The notes: generated by a model not told the origin, from the sequence alone. Shown: positions 45,368 to 56,561, counted from the stretch's first letter. The stretch is DNA of 64,000 nucleotides from an uncultured Actinomycetota bacterium (GCA_963780335.1 CAWABJ010000001.1:1747152-1811151); one strand, 5' to 3'. Numbers and translations: made by a program.

Positions 45368-46147
45368 ATGCGTTCAGCGACATCAGCTGACGGCACGGTC
45401 ATCGGATATGAGTGCGTGGGCCAAGGGCCGCCACTGTTGTTGGTCCATGGAACGGCCGAAACGCGCCACCGCTGGGCGCCGCTGCACGAGTCGCTGGCCT
45501 CGCACTACACGCTCTGCGAGATGGACCGCCGCGGGCGCGGGCTGAGCAGCTGCGAGACCGGCCCCTACGACTTCGCGCGGGAAGCCGAGGACGTCGCGGC
45601 GGTGTCCGAATCGCTCGGCGATGACGTGTACGTTCTCGGGCATTCGTTTGGCGCGCTTGCCGTCATGGAGGCCGCCGTAATCACTTCCGCGATCCGTCGC
45701 ATCGTGCTGCACGAGCCGCCACTGCCGAAACCCGACACAGAGCTGATCCCCATGGAGACGATCGCCGAGCTCAAACAGAAGGCCGACCCGAAGCTGATCT
45801 TGCGGACCTTCTATGGCGTCACCGGACAGGTGCCGGCCGCATGCCCCGAGGATGACTTCTCCCCCGCGGCGCTCGCAGCGGCGCCCACCGTGTTGCGCGA
45901 ACTCGCCGCGATCAAGGCCTATCGGGTCGATGAGCGCCTCCGCCGAATCACCACACCGGTGCGGATGCTCATCGGCACCGTAAGCCCGGCGCATCTAAGG
46001 ATGGCGACGGACACGATCGCCGCCCACATCCGCGACGCAACCATCGTCTCCCTGCCCGGCATGGACCATCAGGTCATCGACGAGGCCCCCGAACTGTTCG
46101 GCCAGGCCATACTTGCTTTCGAGACCGGACAACCTCGGCAGCTTTAG
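45368..46147 (+). CDS. Alpha/beta hydrolase
   Basis: SADGTVIGY, LLLVHG, DRRGRG, GHSFG, MDH. Confidence 0.9.
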   Translation: MRSATSADGTVIGYECVGQGPPLLLVHGTAETRHRWAPLHESLASHYTLCEMDRRGRGLSSCETGPYDFAREAEDVAAVSESLGDDVYVLGHSFGALAVMEAAVITSAIRRIVLHEPPLPKPDTELIPMETIAELKQKADPKLILRTFYGVTGQVPAACPEDDFSPAALAAAPTVLRELAAIKAYRVDERLRRITTPVRMLIGTVSPAHLRMATDTIAAHIRDATIVSLPGMDHQVIDEAPELFGQAILAFETGQPRQL

Positions 46148-46151
46148 TCGA

Positions 46152-46934
46152 TCACAGCCCCCGAGCGCCAAGCCAGGTGTCGATTCGCTGGGCAACGGCT
46201 TCCCACCCGGGCTCGAGCATCATGTCGTGACCCATCTCAGGGAAGATCTCTGCCTCGGTGCGATACGCACGCGCCGTGGCGTGCACTTCTTTGAGCAGGA
46301 CGACGCGGTCGCAGGCCGCTCCCACGACGAGTAACGGGGTGATAACCCGCTTCGGCCTAGGCAGGAAGAGCATCGTGTCGAGTCCAATTCTCGAACTCTC
46401 GGCGTTGAGCCGCGCGGCATATCGCGTGACGTCGGCCTCCGAAGTACGTTCCGAAAAGAGCAGCTCGCGGGCGAGATCAGGCGTACCCACTGGCAGCAGT
46501 GAATCACCCGTAATCGAACTCTTCGCGATCAGCCATGGATGCCTTCGCACCAAGCGCACGGTGAATCCGAGCGTTCCACGCTGCGGTGCAGAGGCCACGA
46601 GCACGCCAGCGGGGGCGTCACGTGACTCCAGATACTTCTGCACGACAAAGCCACCCATCGAGTGCCCAACAAGCACTGGCCTTGCGGGAAGACTCTCAAC
46701 GACTGACTCGACATCGTCGACGTAGTCGGCGAGCGAACAGTTGCGGAGCGGCTTTGGTGTCGTGCTCTTGCCATGGCCACGAAGACTCACTGCCAGTGCG
46801 CGATACCCCTTGGACGCAAAGTACTCCAAGAAGTTCTCTTCCCAGCACCACGCCGCATGCCAGGCTCCATGCACGAACAGCAACGGCGCTGGGTGAGTGT
46901 CGCTGCAAGCCCCTTCGTCGATCAACTCAAGCAC
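46152..46934 (-). CDS. Alpha/beta hydrolase
   Basis: LLFVHGAWHAAWCW, SLRGHG, GHSMGG, GHDMMLE; start uncertain (ORF open to 46982). Confidence 0.9.
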   Translation of the reverse strand: MLELIDEGACSDTHPAPLLFVHGAWHAAWCWEENFLEYFASKGYRALAVSLRGHGKSTTPKPLRNCSLADYVDDVESVVESLPARPVLVGHSMGGFVVQKYLESRDAPAGVLVASAPQRGTLGFTVRLVRRHPWLIAKSSITGDSLLPVGTPDLARELLFSERTSEADVTRYAARLNAESSRIGLDTMLFLPRPKRVITPLLVVGAACDRVVLLKEVHATARAYRTEAEIFPEMGHDMMLEPGWEAVAQRIDTWLGARGL

Positions 46935-47336
46935 GAGGTCGACTCCTTCGTGTGCCGAGGGCATGCGCGGGCCTGACAGCACCGTTCAGATCCGCGTTGA
47001 TGGGAGTCCCTGCGCCTAGGGCTCGTTCGTTCGCATCCTCGGCTCTCCCCTCCCCTGCGTTCATCCTCCGGCCGCACGTTCAATCACCGGACGAGGATCG
47101 AACCGTCCTCGATGCAAGCGCGACGTCACCGTTCCGATGGGAGCATCGGCAGCGCTTGCACGACGAACGGATCCGCCCGGTCGTCACGACCGTCTACTTG
47201 CACCATCAGCGTCATGTCGTCTCCTCTTCGCCCGCTCCGAATGATGAATCAGTGCTGCAAGTCTGACGAACCTGGCAATGGTTTCGTGGCGCGTCGGGAG
47301 GCGATGGTGTGAAGGATCACGCGGCGCGATCGCACG

Positions 47337-47753
47337 CTATGGCGCGGTGCGGGCTCTGACGGGAATCGCGAGTGCCAAAGCGCACACGACCACGATGGTC
47401 AGAGCGATCGTGTTGAGTGCGGCATCCAGTGGGCCGTACATGTGCAACATCGACAGGTGATAGATCAGATGCAGCATGTTGAAGATCGACAGAGACAGCG
47501 CGGTGGCGCGCATCAGCGCCTGATTCGTCACGTGGAAGATGGCCACTCCACTCAGGGCCGCCATGGCGAGGTACATCGCGCCTATGTCTTCGACGAAGTG
47601 ATCGTTGAACGGCCCAAAGACCGGCAGCCACCGCAGACCCATGCCGGGAAACGTGTTGTACCAGTGCATTGGTGCTACATAGGCCCATCCGCCCACGAAG
47701 ATACCGGTGACGGTCAACACGACCAGACAGACGCGATGCAATTGTGTCTTCAT
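47337..47753 (-). CDS. Small multi-pass membrane protein
   Basis: Four hydrophobic segments; WYNTFPGMG...PFNDHFVEDIG. Confidence 0.75.
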   Translation of the reverse strand: MKTQLHRVCLVVLTVTGIFVGGWAYVAPMHWYNTFPGMGLRWLPVFGPFNDHFVEDIGAMYLAMAALSGVAIFHVTNQALMRATALSLSIFNMLHLIYHLSMLHMYGPLDAALNTIALTIVVVCALALAIPVRARTAP

Positions 47754-47822
47754 GGTGGTTGTGACGCCGTAGCGCGGGCAGTCGTGAGGTGGCGGTGACC
47801 TCACTCACATGTGGTCTCCTCG

Positions 47823-47849
47823 TGTCACAGATGCGACCGTCTTGGTGTC
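47823..47849 (+). promoter_or_regulatory. ECF41-type promoter
   Basis: TGTCACA-N16-TGTC, close to the published ECF41 consensus TGTCACA-N16-CGTC, upstream of the ECF41 sigma gene. Confidence 0.6.
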
Positions 47850-47963
47850 TTGAGGGTGTCCACACCGAACAGGGAGCACCTCAATGTCCGTCACCAGCGC
47901 ACGGCCCAGGCCGGCCCTCGAGGGCTGTCTCGTCACAATCGGTAGCAGCTCGTGCTGACCGCC

Positions 47964-48869
47964 ATGGACGGGCATGAACGCGAAGTCGACCGTACGCTGC
48001 TGATGAACGTCTCGTATCGACTCCTTGGTTCGATGGCAGACGCCGAGGACGTCACACAGGAAACCTACGCGCGCTGGTACAAGATGACCGGACCCGAGCG
48101 CGACACCATCCGCATTCCGGCGGCGTGGTGCGTCCGCGTCGCAACCCGCATCTGCGTCGACATCTTGACCTCCGCACGGCACCGGCGCGAAGAGTACGTG
48201 GGTCCTTGGCTGCCCGAACCAGTGCCGGGGCGATGCGTCGACACCTCGACCTCATCGACGGACCCGGCCGACCTGGTCGCCATCGACGAGCACGTCACCA
48301 TGGCGATGCTCGTCGTCCTGGAGGCGATGACGCCCGCGGAGCGGGTGTCGTTCGTACTTCACGACGTCTTCGGCTTTGCGTTCGGCGAGATCGCGGAGAT
48401 CGTTGGCAGGTCCGAGGCCGCATGCCGGCAGCTGGCCGCGTCAGCTCGACGTAGAGCGCAGTCCACGCGTCGATGTCCCCCAGATGCCAAGCGGCACGGG
48501 GACACCACCGTTGCGTTCAAGAGAGCATTACAGTTCGGCGACATCGAGGCCCTCATTGCCTTGCTCGACCCCACGGTCAGCGTGACCAACGACGGGGGCG
48601 GGCGGGTACGCGCGGCCTTGCGACCCATCACAGGTTCCGACAGAGTGATTCGGTACCTCACTGGTGTTCGGCTCAAGGATGCCGATGCAGTTACATCGGT
48701 CGTCACCGTGAACGGTCAAGCGGGTCTACGGATGCAGCGAGACGGCGTGACGATTGCCGTCGTGGCACTCGATGTCCGTGCAGGGATGATCACGCAAGTC
48801 TGGGTGGTCCGCAATCCGGAAAAGCTGCGGTACTGGAACGGCGATCGCGAAGACGGCACCGAACAGTGA
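47964..48869 (+). CDS. ECF sigma factor, SigJ/ECF41 type with SnoaL-like C-terminal extension
   Basis: YRLLGSMADAEDVTQE, EYVGPWLPEP, LHDVFG, DGGGRVRAALRPITG, VRNPEKL. Confidence 0.9.
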   Translation: MDGHEREVDRTLLMNVSYRLLGSMADAEDVTQETYARWYKMTGPERDTIRIPAAWCVRVATRICVDILTSARHRREEYVGPWLPEPVPGRCVDTSTSSTDPADLVAIDEHVTMAMLVVLEAMTPAERVSFVLHDVFGFAFGEIAEIVGRSEAACRQLAASARRRAQSTRRCPPDAKRHGDTTVAFKRALQFGDIEALIALLDPTVSVTNDGGGRVRAALRPITGSDRVIRYLTGVRLKDADAVTSVVTVNGQAGLRMQRDGVTIAVVALDVRAGMITQVWVVRNPEKLRYWNGDREDGTEQ

Positions 48870-49172
48870 CTACATGTCTCGACGGTTCGCGCCGAATGTA
48901 TTTTCGAGTTAGTATGAATCACACCAATATTCTCTCATCAGAGCGCGGCGGCCGCCGGCCATGCCACTACAAGGGGTGCAAGACGGTCGTCTCCGCCCCT
49001 TGCGGGCACCCGGCACTTCGCCGGCGCCTGCGGTGACGCTGTTCGACCACAACGGTCACACCTAATCAACGCTGTTCGCGAACCAATTTGGTGTACAGCG
49101 ACCGAACCGAATCGCGTCCATCGCCGGTCCTACCGTCGATCGGCGCAGCACTGCTCGACGAAAGGACGATGG

Positions 49173-49619
49173 ATGCGACCCGGTTCCCTCGGTGACCTGA
49201 TGAGGCGACGTTGGGTGCCGCTAGTGGCGGTGTTCGTCGTTGCGGTGGCGGGATTCGCGGTCTATCGGCTGAACGGCATCTTCGGCTCGCATGACGTGAC
49301 CTCGACCCCCAGCGGCGCCGCGAACGACATTCATCCGTTCAACCCGAAGCACGTCGTCATGGAGGTGTTCGGTGCGCCGGGCACGACGGCGACCATCACC
49401 TACCTCGACGTCGACGCCCAACCGCAGCGGGTCGACGATGCGACGCTGCCGTGGGCCTATGACACGACCACCACCCAACCGGCGGTGTTCATCAACGTCT
49501 CCGCCCAAGGCGACACCAACTCCATCGGCTGCCGAATCAAGATCGACGACGCCGTCAAGGACGAGAGAACGGCCAACACCCTGAACGCCTACACCTATTG
49601 CCTGGACAAGTCCGGATGA
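49173..49619 (+). CDS. MmpS-family membrane accessory protein
   Basis: N-terminal TM; FNPKHVVMEVFG, ATLPW, SIGCRIKID..VKDER, YTYCLDKS. Confidence 0.9.
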   Translation: MRPGSLGDLMRRRWVPLVAVFVVAVAGFAVYRLNGIFGSHDVTSTPSGAANDIHPFNPKHVVMEVFGAPGTTATITYLDVDAQPQRVDDATLPWAYDTTTTQPAVFINVSAQGDTNSIGCRIKIDDAVKDERTANTLNAYTYCLDKSG

Positions 49620-52480
49620 GCAACCACCTCGCCGAACGCCAGACGATCCCCCACCGGGTCGCCACCTGGATCCGGTGGCTCTGCGTGCCGATCGTGCTGC
49701 TCTGGGTGGCCGTCGCCGCCGCCACGAACGTGCTGGTGCCGCAGCTCGAGACCGTAGGCGAAGAGCACAATGTGGCGTTGAGCTCCCCCGGATCACCATC
49801 GCTGCAAGCATTTCAACGCATCGGCAAGGTCTTCCACGAATTCGACTCCGACAGCGCCGCGACGGTGGTGCTCGAAGGCGACCAGCCCCTCGGAGCCGAT
49901 GCGCACCGCTATTACGACGAGTTGGTCCAGCGCTTCGATGCGGACACCAAGCACATCGAACACGTGCAGGACTTCTGGGGCGACCCGCTCACGGCGGCAG
50001 GCTCGCAGAGCCCCGACGGCAAGGCTGCCTACGTCCAGGTGTTCCTCTCCGGGAACCAGGGTGAGGCGTTGTCGCTGGAGTCGGTCGACGCGCTGCGCGG
50101 CATCATCGCCAACACGCCGGCCCCGCCGGGCATCCATGCCTACGTCGCCGGCTCGGCAGCTCAGATCGCCGATCAGTTCGAAGTGGGCAACGCGAGCACC
50201 GTGCCGGTCACCCTGTTGACCGTGGCGGTCATCGCCGTGATGTTGCTCATCGTGTATCGCTCGCCGGTCACCATGATCCTGGCCCTCGTCACGGTGCTCG
50301 TCGAGATGGCCGCGGCGCGTGGGATCGTCGCATTCCTGTCGAACTCCGGGCTCATCGGCCTGTCGACGTATTCGACCAACATCCTCACGCTGCTGGTCAT
50401 CGCCGCCGGTACCGATTACGTCATCTTCCTGCTCGGCCGCTATCACGAGGCACGCAACGACGGCCTGGATCGGCAGGCCGCGTTCTACGACATGTACGTA
50501 GGTACGTCGCACGTGATCCTCGGCTCCGGGCTGACCATCGCTGGCGCAGCGTTCTGTCTGTCCTTCACCCGACTCCCCTACTTCCAGAGCCTGGGCATCC
50601 CGGCCGCGATTGGCGTCCTGGTGTCACTGGTCGCCTCACTGACTCTGGCGCCGGCGGTGGTGGTCGTGGGCAGCCGGTTCGGTCTGCTGGACCCCAAGCG
50701 CAAGACCGCCAAGCGGGGCTGGCGGCGGGTCGGGACCGCCATCGTTCGATGGCCCGGCCCGATCCTGATCGCCACGCTGGCGCTCGGCTTCGTCGGACTC
50801 GCCGCGCTATCCGGCTACCAGGTGAGTTACGACATCGGCCGCTACATGCCGGCCAGTACGCCGTCCAACGACGGATACACCGCTGCGGAGCGTCACTTCT
50901 CGAAGGCGCGCCTGAATCCCGAGATGCTGATGCTCGAAACCGATCACGATCTCCGCAATCCCACGGACATGATCCTGCTGGAGCGCGTCGCCAAGGCCGT
51001 CTTCCACACCGACGGTGTTGCGCAGGTGCAATCGATCACCCGGCCGCTGGGGACGCCCTTGGACCATACGTCGATCCCGTTCCAGATCAGCACGCAGAGC
51101 GCCGCGCAGCTCAACAACCTGCCCTACCAGCAGGACCGCGCCACCGACCTGCTCAAGCAGGTCGGTGTCATCAACGACTCGATTGACGTCCTGCGGCAGC
51201 AATATGCACTCCAGCAACAGTCCAGCGCCGTCACCGACGAGCAGGCACAGGCGTTCAAGCAGACCGTCGCCACCGCTCAAGACCTGCGCGGCGAGATCGC
51301 GAACTTCGACGACTTCTTCCGACCGCTACGCAGCTACTTCTACTGGGAGCCGCACTGTTTCGACATCCCAGTGTGCTGGGCGTTGCGGTCGCTGTTCGAC
51401 GCACTCGACGGCATCGACCAGTTGACCGATCAGTTGGCCAACGTCTCGACGAGCATCACCAAGCTCGACGAGCTGCAGCCCAAGCTGCTCGCACTGATTC
51501 CGCCGCAGATCCGAAATCAACAGACCAACCGCGACCTGACCATGACCAACTACGCCACCACCTCGGGCATCGACGCCCAGACCGCGGCGGCACTGCAGAA
51601 CTCCACCGCCCTCGGTCAGGCCTACGACGCCGCGAAGACCGACGACTCCTTCTACCTACCGCCGGAGGCGTTCAGCAATCCCGAATTCGTACGCGGGCTC
51701 AAGCTGTTCCTCTCGCCGGACGGCAAGGCGGCTCGGATGATCATCACCCACGACGTCGACCCAGCGACGTCCGAGGGCATCTCGCACATCGATCCGATCC
51801 GGCACGCCGCTCGGGAGGCCGTCAAGGGCACCCCGTTGGCCGGCTCGAAGATCTTCATCGGCGGTACGGCGTCCACCTACAAGGACATCCAGGAGATGGC
51901 CCACTACGACCTGATCATCGCCGGCATCGCCTCGCTCAGCCTCATTTTGCTCATCATGATGTTCATCACGCGCAGCCTCGTCGCCGCGATGGTCATCGTG
52001 GGCACGGTGGCCCTCTCGTTGGGGGCCTCGGTCGGCCTGTCGGTGCTGCTCTGGCAGGACCTCCTCGGTATCCAGTTGTACTGGGTGATACTGCCGTTGT
52101 CCGTCATCCTGCTGCTCGCCGTGGGTTCGGACTACAACCTGCTGCTGGTCTCCCGATTCAAGGAGGAGATCCATTCGGGCATCAACACCGGCATCATCCG
52201 AGCCATGGCGGGCAGCGGCTCGGTGGTGACCGCCGCCGGGCTGGTCTTCGCCTTCACCATGACGTCGTTCATCTACAGCGACCTGCTCGCGCTCGGCCAA
52301 ATCGGCACGACGATCGCGCTCGGCCTGTTGTTCGACACCCTGATCGTCCGATCATTGATGACCCCGTCCATCGCCGCGCTACTCGGACGCTGGTTCTGGT
52401 GGCCGGTGCGGGTGCGCCTACGGCCAGTGCCGCGGAAGTTCGGCGACGAGGCGGCCACGCACCAGCTCTCGCTGTTCTAA
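49616..52480 (+). CDS. MmpL-family RND transporter
   Basis: VQDFWGDPLTAAGSQSPDGKAAYV, AAGTDYVIFLLGRY, AVGSDYNLLLVSRFKEE; ATGA overlap with mmpS. Confidence 0.95.
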   Translation: MSNHLAERQTIPHRVATWIRWLCVPIVLLWVAVAAATNVLVPQLETVGEEHNVALSSPGSPSLQAFQRIGKVFHEFDSDSAATVVLEGDQPLGADAHRYYDELVQRFDADTKHIEHVQDFWGDPLTAAGSQSPDGKAAYVQVFLSGNQGEALSLESVDALRGIIANTPAPPGIHAYVAGSAAQIADQFEVGNASTVPVTLLTVAVIAVMLLIVYRSPVTMILALVTVLVEMAAARGIVAFLSNSGLIGLSTYSTNILTLLVIAAGTDYVIFLLGRYHEARNDGLDRQAAFYDMYVGTSHVILGSGLTIAGAAFCLSFTRLPYFQSLGIPAAIGVLVSLVASLTLAPAVVVVGSRFGLLDPKRKTAKRGWRRVGTAIVRWPGPILIATLALGFVGLAALSGYQVSYDIGRYMPASTPSNDGYTAAERHFSKARLNPEMLMLETDHDLRNPTDMILLERVAKAVFHTDGVAQVQSITRPLGTPLDHTSIPFQISTQSAAQLNNLPYQQDRATDLLKQVGVINDSIDVLRQQYALQQQSSAVTDEQAQAFKQTVATAQDLRGEIANFDDFFRPLRSYFYWEPHCFDIPVCWALRSLFDALDGIDQLTDQLANVSTSITKLDELQPKLLALIPPQIRNQQTNRDLTMTNYATTSGIDAQTAAALQNSTALGQAYDAAKTDDSFYLPPEAFSNPEFVRGLKLFLSPDGKAARMIITHDVDPATSEGISHIDPIRHAAREAVKGTPLAGSKIFIGGTASTYKDIQEMAHYDLIIAGIASLSLILLIMMFITRSLVAAMVIVGTVALSLGASVGLSVLLWQDLLGIQLYWVILPLSVILLLAVGSDYNLLLVSRFKEEIHSGINTGIIRAMAGSGSVVTAAGLVFAFTMTSFIYSDLLALGQIGTTIALGLLFDTLIVRSLMTPSIAALLGRWFWWPVRVRLRPVPRKFGDEAATHQLSLF

Positions 52481-52571
52481 GTTCGGACGTGCGTTCCCGT
52501 CAGTGGTGCCACCGGTCGCAGCGCCACGGACCACATGACGGAGTCGCGGCCCGAGTTCTGTACCCCGCCGG

Positions 52572-55241
52572 TCATGATCGTTCGCCGCGTGCGTCGAAGC
52601 GCAGTGCGCCGCGAAACTGCAGGAGCAGGGCGATCATCGCCGTCCACCCCGTCTGGTGAGCCGCGCCCAGGCCGCGGCCGGTGTCGCCGTCGAAATACTC
52701 GTGGAACGGCACGAGGTCTCGCCAGTACGGATCGTCTTGGAAGTAGTCGTTGTCGCCGAACACCGCACGGCGGCCATGCTCATCGCGCACCACGAGTCCG
52801 CTGAGCCGCCGGGCGATGCGGTCTCCGACGGTGCTCAGTGACGCCGTGCCGCTGGGATCGGCCGGGTCGGGTACCTCATAGGTGTCGCCGAAGAAGCGCG
52901 CGTAGGCGTTGAGCGCTTGGAGGAACATGAAGTTCATCGGAATCCATACGGGACCCCGCCAATTGGAGTTGCCGCCGAACATGCGGGTGGTCGATTCCGC
53001 GGCAACGTAGTCGACGCTGAAATCATGACCATCCAGGTGATACACGTAGGGATGATCCCGGTGGTACTTCGACAGCGACCGGATTCCGTACGGCGACAGG
53101 AACTGCTCGGTGTCCAGGACGCGTTCCAGAATCGCCGCCAGGCGGTCGTGGTGCACCATCGCGAGCATGTAGTGGGTGCCGTTGCCCTCGGCGAGATCGA
53201 GCCGGACGTCGCGATCGGTGTGCTCGTAGGCGTGGGCCAGATCGTCGATTGACTGCTTCATCGTCTGCACCGCCTCGGTGGGGGCCAATGGCAGGGAGAT
53301 GGAGGCGAACAACGGCACCAGGGCCTGCATCGAAAACACCTGCAGAGTCGACGCCGTGCCGTCGGTGCGTTCGATGACGTCGTGATAGAAGCCGGTGCTG
53401 TCGTCCCAGAAGCTCACCCGGCCGACACCCTTCTCCAGCGCGTTGGCGATCAGCCAGGCGTCCCAAACCCATCTCCCGAACATCTGCAGATAGCCTGGCT
53501 CCCGGTGGGACAGCTCGACGGTGATCTCGAGTAGTTGCAGCACCAGCGCACCCATCCACGCCGTGCCGTCTACTTGAGCCAGCGAGCCGCCGGTGGGCAG
53601 GGGTTGGTCGCGGTCGAAGACACCGATGTTGTCCATGCCCAGGAAACCCCCGCCGAACACGCCGCGGTCCTCGACGTCCTTCTGGTTGAGCCACCACATC
53701 ACGCACAGCGTCAGTGAGCGGTAGGCCAAGGCAAGGAAGGCGTGGTCGCCGACGCCGGTGTGCAGCCGGTCCAACTGGTAGACCTGCCAGCTGGCCCACG
53801 CGTGCAGCGGCGGGTTGGTGTCGCCGAAGGACCATTCGTACGCGGGGATCTGGCCGTGCGGATGCTGGGTGGTGGACTGCAGCAGAAGCAGTACTTGCTC
53901 CTTGGCGAACCCGGGGTCGATCAGTGCCATGGCGACACAGTGGAAAGCCAGGTCCCAGGCGGCAAACCAGGGATACTCCCACGCGTCGGGCATGAGGATC
54001 ACCTCGGCCAGCACCAGGTGCTGCCAGTCGCTGTTGCGGCTCTTCCAACGCTGCCGCGCAGGAGGCGGCTGTCCGGCGTCGCCCTGCAGCCACCGGCGCA
54101 CGCTGTAGCGGTAGAACTGTTTGCACCACAGCAGCCCGGCGAGTGACTGCCGTTGCACGAGCCGTTCGTCGGTGGTGAGGTCTGGCGCGGCCACGGCGTC
54201 GTAGAACGCATCCGCCTCCGCTCGACGTTGCGCCAGTACGGTGTCGGCGTCATCGAAGGGCGTCACGAGCGGCGCTGGAGCGAAACGTGCGGTGACGGTC
54301 AGAGTTTCACCGGCAGAAAGATTCGTGTGGATGTGGGCGGCGGACTTGCTGCCCGCGGTCGGGTCCACCGCGGCGGTCTCACCACGTACGACGTAGTCAT
54401 TGATGCCGTCCTTCGTGGTGGCCGAGGCGTTCGGGGAGCCGAATAGCTCGGCATTGTTGGTTTCGTTCTCGCAGAACAGCAATCTGGGCGTCACACCGGT
54501 CGAGGAGGTGACCGAGAACCACCGGTCACCCAGGGCGGGATGGGTGGTCGTCGCCGTACCGGCACCCTGTGCGGTGATCCGCGGCGCACTCTCTGCCGGG
54601 TCCCATGACCACGTGTTGCGATACCAGAGGTGCGGCAGCACGTGGATCTCGGCAGGATCAGGGCCGCGGTTGGTCACCGTGATGCGGCAGTAGACCTCTT
54701 CCGGTGCGGCTTTGGCGTATTCGACCTGCACGTCGAAGTAGCGCTGCTGCAACCACTCCTCCTCGAGCGCGTCGTAGAGCTCGTATTCCGGGACGTCCTG
54801 GCTGCGGTCGCGGTTCTTCTGCAGTAGATCGTCGTAGGGGAAGGCGGCCTGCGGGTACTTGTAGACCATGGCCGCGTAGGCGTGGGTCGGCAGGTTGTCG
54901 GTGTAGAACCAGTAATCCTTGACGTCCTCGCCGTGGTTGCCGTCCTCGTTGGCCAGTCCGTACGGACGCTCCTTCAGTATCGGATCACGGCCATTCCACA
55001 GCGACAACCCCAGGCATATGATCTGGTTGCGGTCGCACCAGCCGGCCATGCCGTCCTCGTTCCACCGATACGCGCGACTGCGGGCCTGCTCGAAGGGAAA
55101 GTACGCCCACGCGTCGCCGTCGGCGCTGTAGTCTTCGCGGACGGTTCCCCAGGCGCGTTCACTCAGGTAGGTGCCCCAGCGTCGCCAGTCGGTCACGCCG
55201 GCTTTGATTTCGTCGAGGCGATCGTGCTCTGCCGTGCTCAC
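52572..55241 (-). CDS. GH63/MGH1-like glycoside hydrolase
   Basis: WGTYLSERAWGTVREDYS, MPDAWEYPWFAAWDLAFH, FHEYFDGDTGRGLGAAHQTGWT. Confidence 0.88.
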   Translation of the reverse strand: MSTAEHDRLDEIKAGVTDWRRWGTYLSERAWGTVREDYSADGDAWAYFPFEQARSRAYRWNEDGMAGWCDRNQIICLGLSLWNGRDPILKERPYGLANEDGNHGEDVKDYWFYTDNLPTHAYAAMVYKYPQAAFPYDDLLQKNRDRSQDVPEYELYDALEEEWLQQRYFDVQVEYAKAAPEEVYCRITVTNRGPDPAEIHVLPHLWYRNTWSWDPAESAPRITAQGAGTATTTHPALGDRWFSVTSSTGVTPRLLFCENETNNAELFGSPNASATTKDGINDYVVRGETAAVDPTAGSKSAAHIHTNLSAGETLTVTARFAPAPLVTPFDDADTVLAQRRAEADAFYDAVAAPDLTTDERLVQRQSLAGLLWCKQFYRYSVRRWLQGDAGQPPPARQRWKSRNSDWQHLVLAEVILMPDAWEYPWFAAWDLAFHCVAMALIDPGFAKEQVLLLLQSTTQHPHGQIPAYEWSFGDTNPPLHAWASWQVYQLDRLHTGVGDHAFLALAYRSLTLCVMWWLNQKDVEDRGVFGGGFLGMDNIGVFDRDQPLPTGGSLAQVDGTAWMGALVLQLLEITVELSHREPGYLQMFGRWVWDAWLIANALEKGVGRVSFWDDSTGFYHDVIERTDGTASTLQVFSMQALVPLFASISLPLAPTEAVQTMKQSIDDLAHAYEHTDRDVRLDLAEGNGTHYMLAMVHHDRLAAILERVLDTEQFLSPYGIRSLSKYHRDHPYVYHLDGHDFSVDYVAAESTTRMFGGNSNWRGPVWIPMNFMFLQALNAYARFFGDTYEVPDPADPSGTASLSTVGDRIARRLSGLVVRDEHGRRAVFGDNDYFQDDPYWRDLVPFHEYFDGDTGRGLGAAHQTGWTAMIALLLQFRGALRFDARGERS

Positions 55242-55319
55242 GGGTCCATTGTGACGTGCCACGCGGCGAGCACCTTGATCGGCGCCGAATACGCCTGCGC
55301 GTCGGTGACATCCGGCCGA

Positions 55320-55978
55320 TCAGCGCGAGGGCTTGATCCGGAGCCATCTGCCGCCGACACACATTGGGAGGGACGCCCTGCCACGATCACTCCATCTGCC
55401 ACTTACCACGCCGGCGAAGTCCAGCATCTGGTCGAGGTCGGAGAGCAGTGCGAAGGCGTCCACGATCGCCTCGTCGACACCGCTCTCCGCGAAGCGTTCG
55501 AGCGTGTCAACCACCGAGTCGACGGACGCGTCCGACTCAGACGAGTCCCGCAGGTCGTCGACCCCGAGCCAGCCGGTGCCGCTGCGGCCGACCCGGCGCA
55601 TCGCGGCCTCACTGGCGCCGCCGATCCAGATGGGCGGACCACCAGCCTGCACCGGGCGTAGGTCGGCATGGACCGGCGGCATGGAGAAGAACTCGCTGTC
55701 GCTGAGCACGTCGAGGGTGGTCAGCATCCGGGCCAGTTGAACCGGCTCATAGTAGAACGTGCTCAGCGTGCTGGCGTTCAGCCGCACCCGACCCCGGCGG
55801 ATACGGCTACTCCTTGCCTGGATAGATGCTCTGCTTCGCATGTGCACCGGCGTGACCGTCGATCGCCCACCCACAGCGTGTCGAAACCGAGGTGCTCCAG
55901 TCCGGGGCAGAACTCGCCCAGGCCAACGGCGCTGCTCACCGCGGGGCCGACGATGGGAATGGCGAAACCAAGCCTCAT
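55320..55978 (-). pseudogene. LLM-class F420-dependent oxidoreductase remnant with internal deletions
   Basis: MRLGFAIP...GFDTLWVGDR / ARMLTTLDVLS / PPIWIGGASEAAMRRVGRSGTGW, split across frames with the middle missing. Confidence 0.75.
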
Positions 55979-56135
55979 CGCAAGACTCCCCGCCCGCAGA
56001 TCCTTTCGACCCACGCTGACTTCTGACTTGGCAATGTCTTTCACGTTCTTCTCGGTGGGGAGAGCTTGACTCGTCCACCGCAATCACGTTAGTTGGCATC
56101 CAACGTGTTGTCAGGCGAGGAGATGAACGGAGCTC

Positions 56136-56561
56136 TCATTGCTCGCCTGTCCGTAAATCCCAGCGCGGCATGCCGATTGCCTCGGCAAGGTTGCGCTGCA
56201 GCGCGACACCGGCCGGTAGCGTGCGGTAGAAGATGCTCACCTCGGCGATCTTGCCGTCCCTGTCGAGCAGGACGAAGAAGATGCCGTTGACAGCGGCGTT
56301 GCCGACTTGCAGCCGGAAGTGGGCGGCGTGGTGCGTCTCGCCGCTGAGGACCTCCATGTATGTGTCGTCGGATGACAGGTTGTTGACCTTCTTGATGGTT
56401 GTCACGCCGGCCGCGCGGCCCTCGACCGGCTCATCGCCGAACGGGCCGTGCAGCACCACGTCCTGGGCGAGCAGACCGGCGAGGACGTCTTCGTCCACAC
56501 CGCCGTGGATGCAATCGACGAAGGCTTCCAAGGTGGCACGATGCGGGGCGAACGCGGTCAC
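56136..56561 (-). CDS. SnoaL/NTF2-like protein
   Basis: LLAQDVVLHGP, IAEVSIFYRTLPA; GGAGGAG SD before GTG. Confidence 0.75.
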   Translation of the reverse strand: MTAFAPHRATLEAFVDCIHGGVDEDVLAGLLAQDVVLHGPFGDEPVEGRAAGVTTIKKVNNLSSDDTYMEVLSGETHHAAHFRLQVGNAAVNGIFFVLLDRDGKIAEVSIFYRTLPAGVALQRNLAEAIGMPRWDLRTGEQ

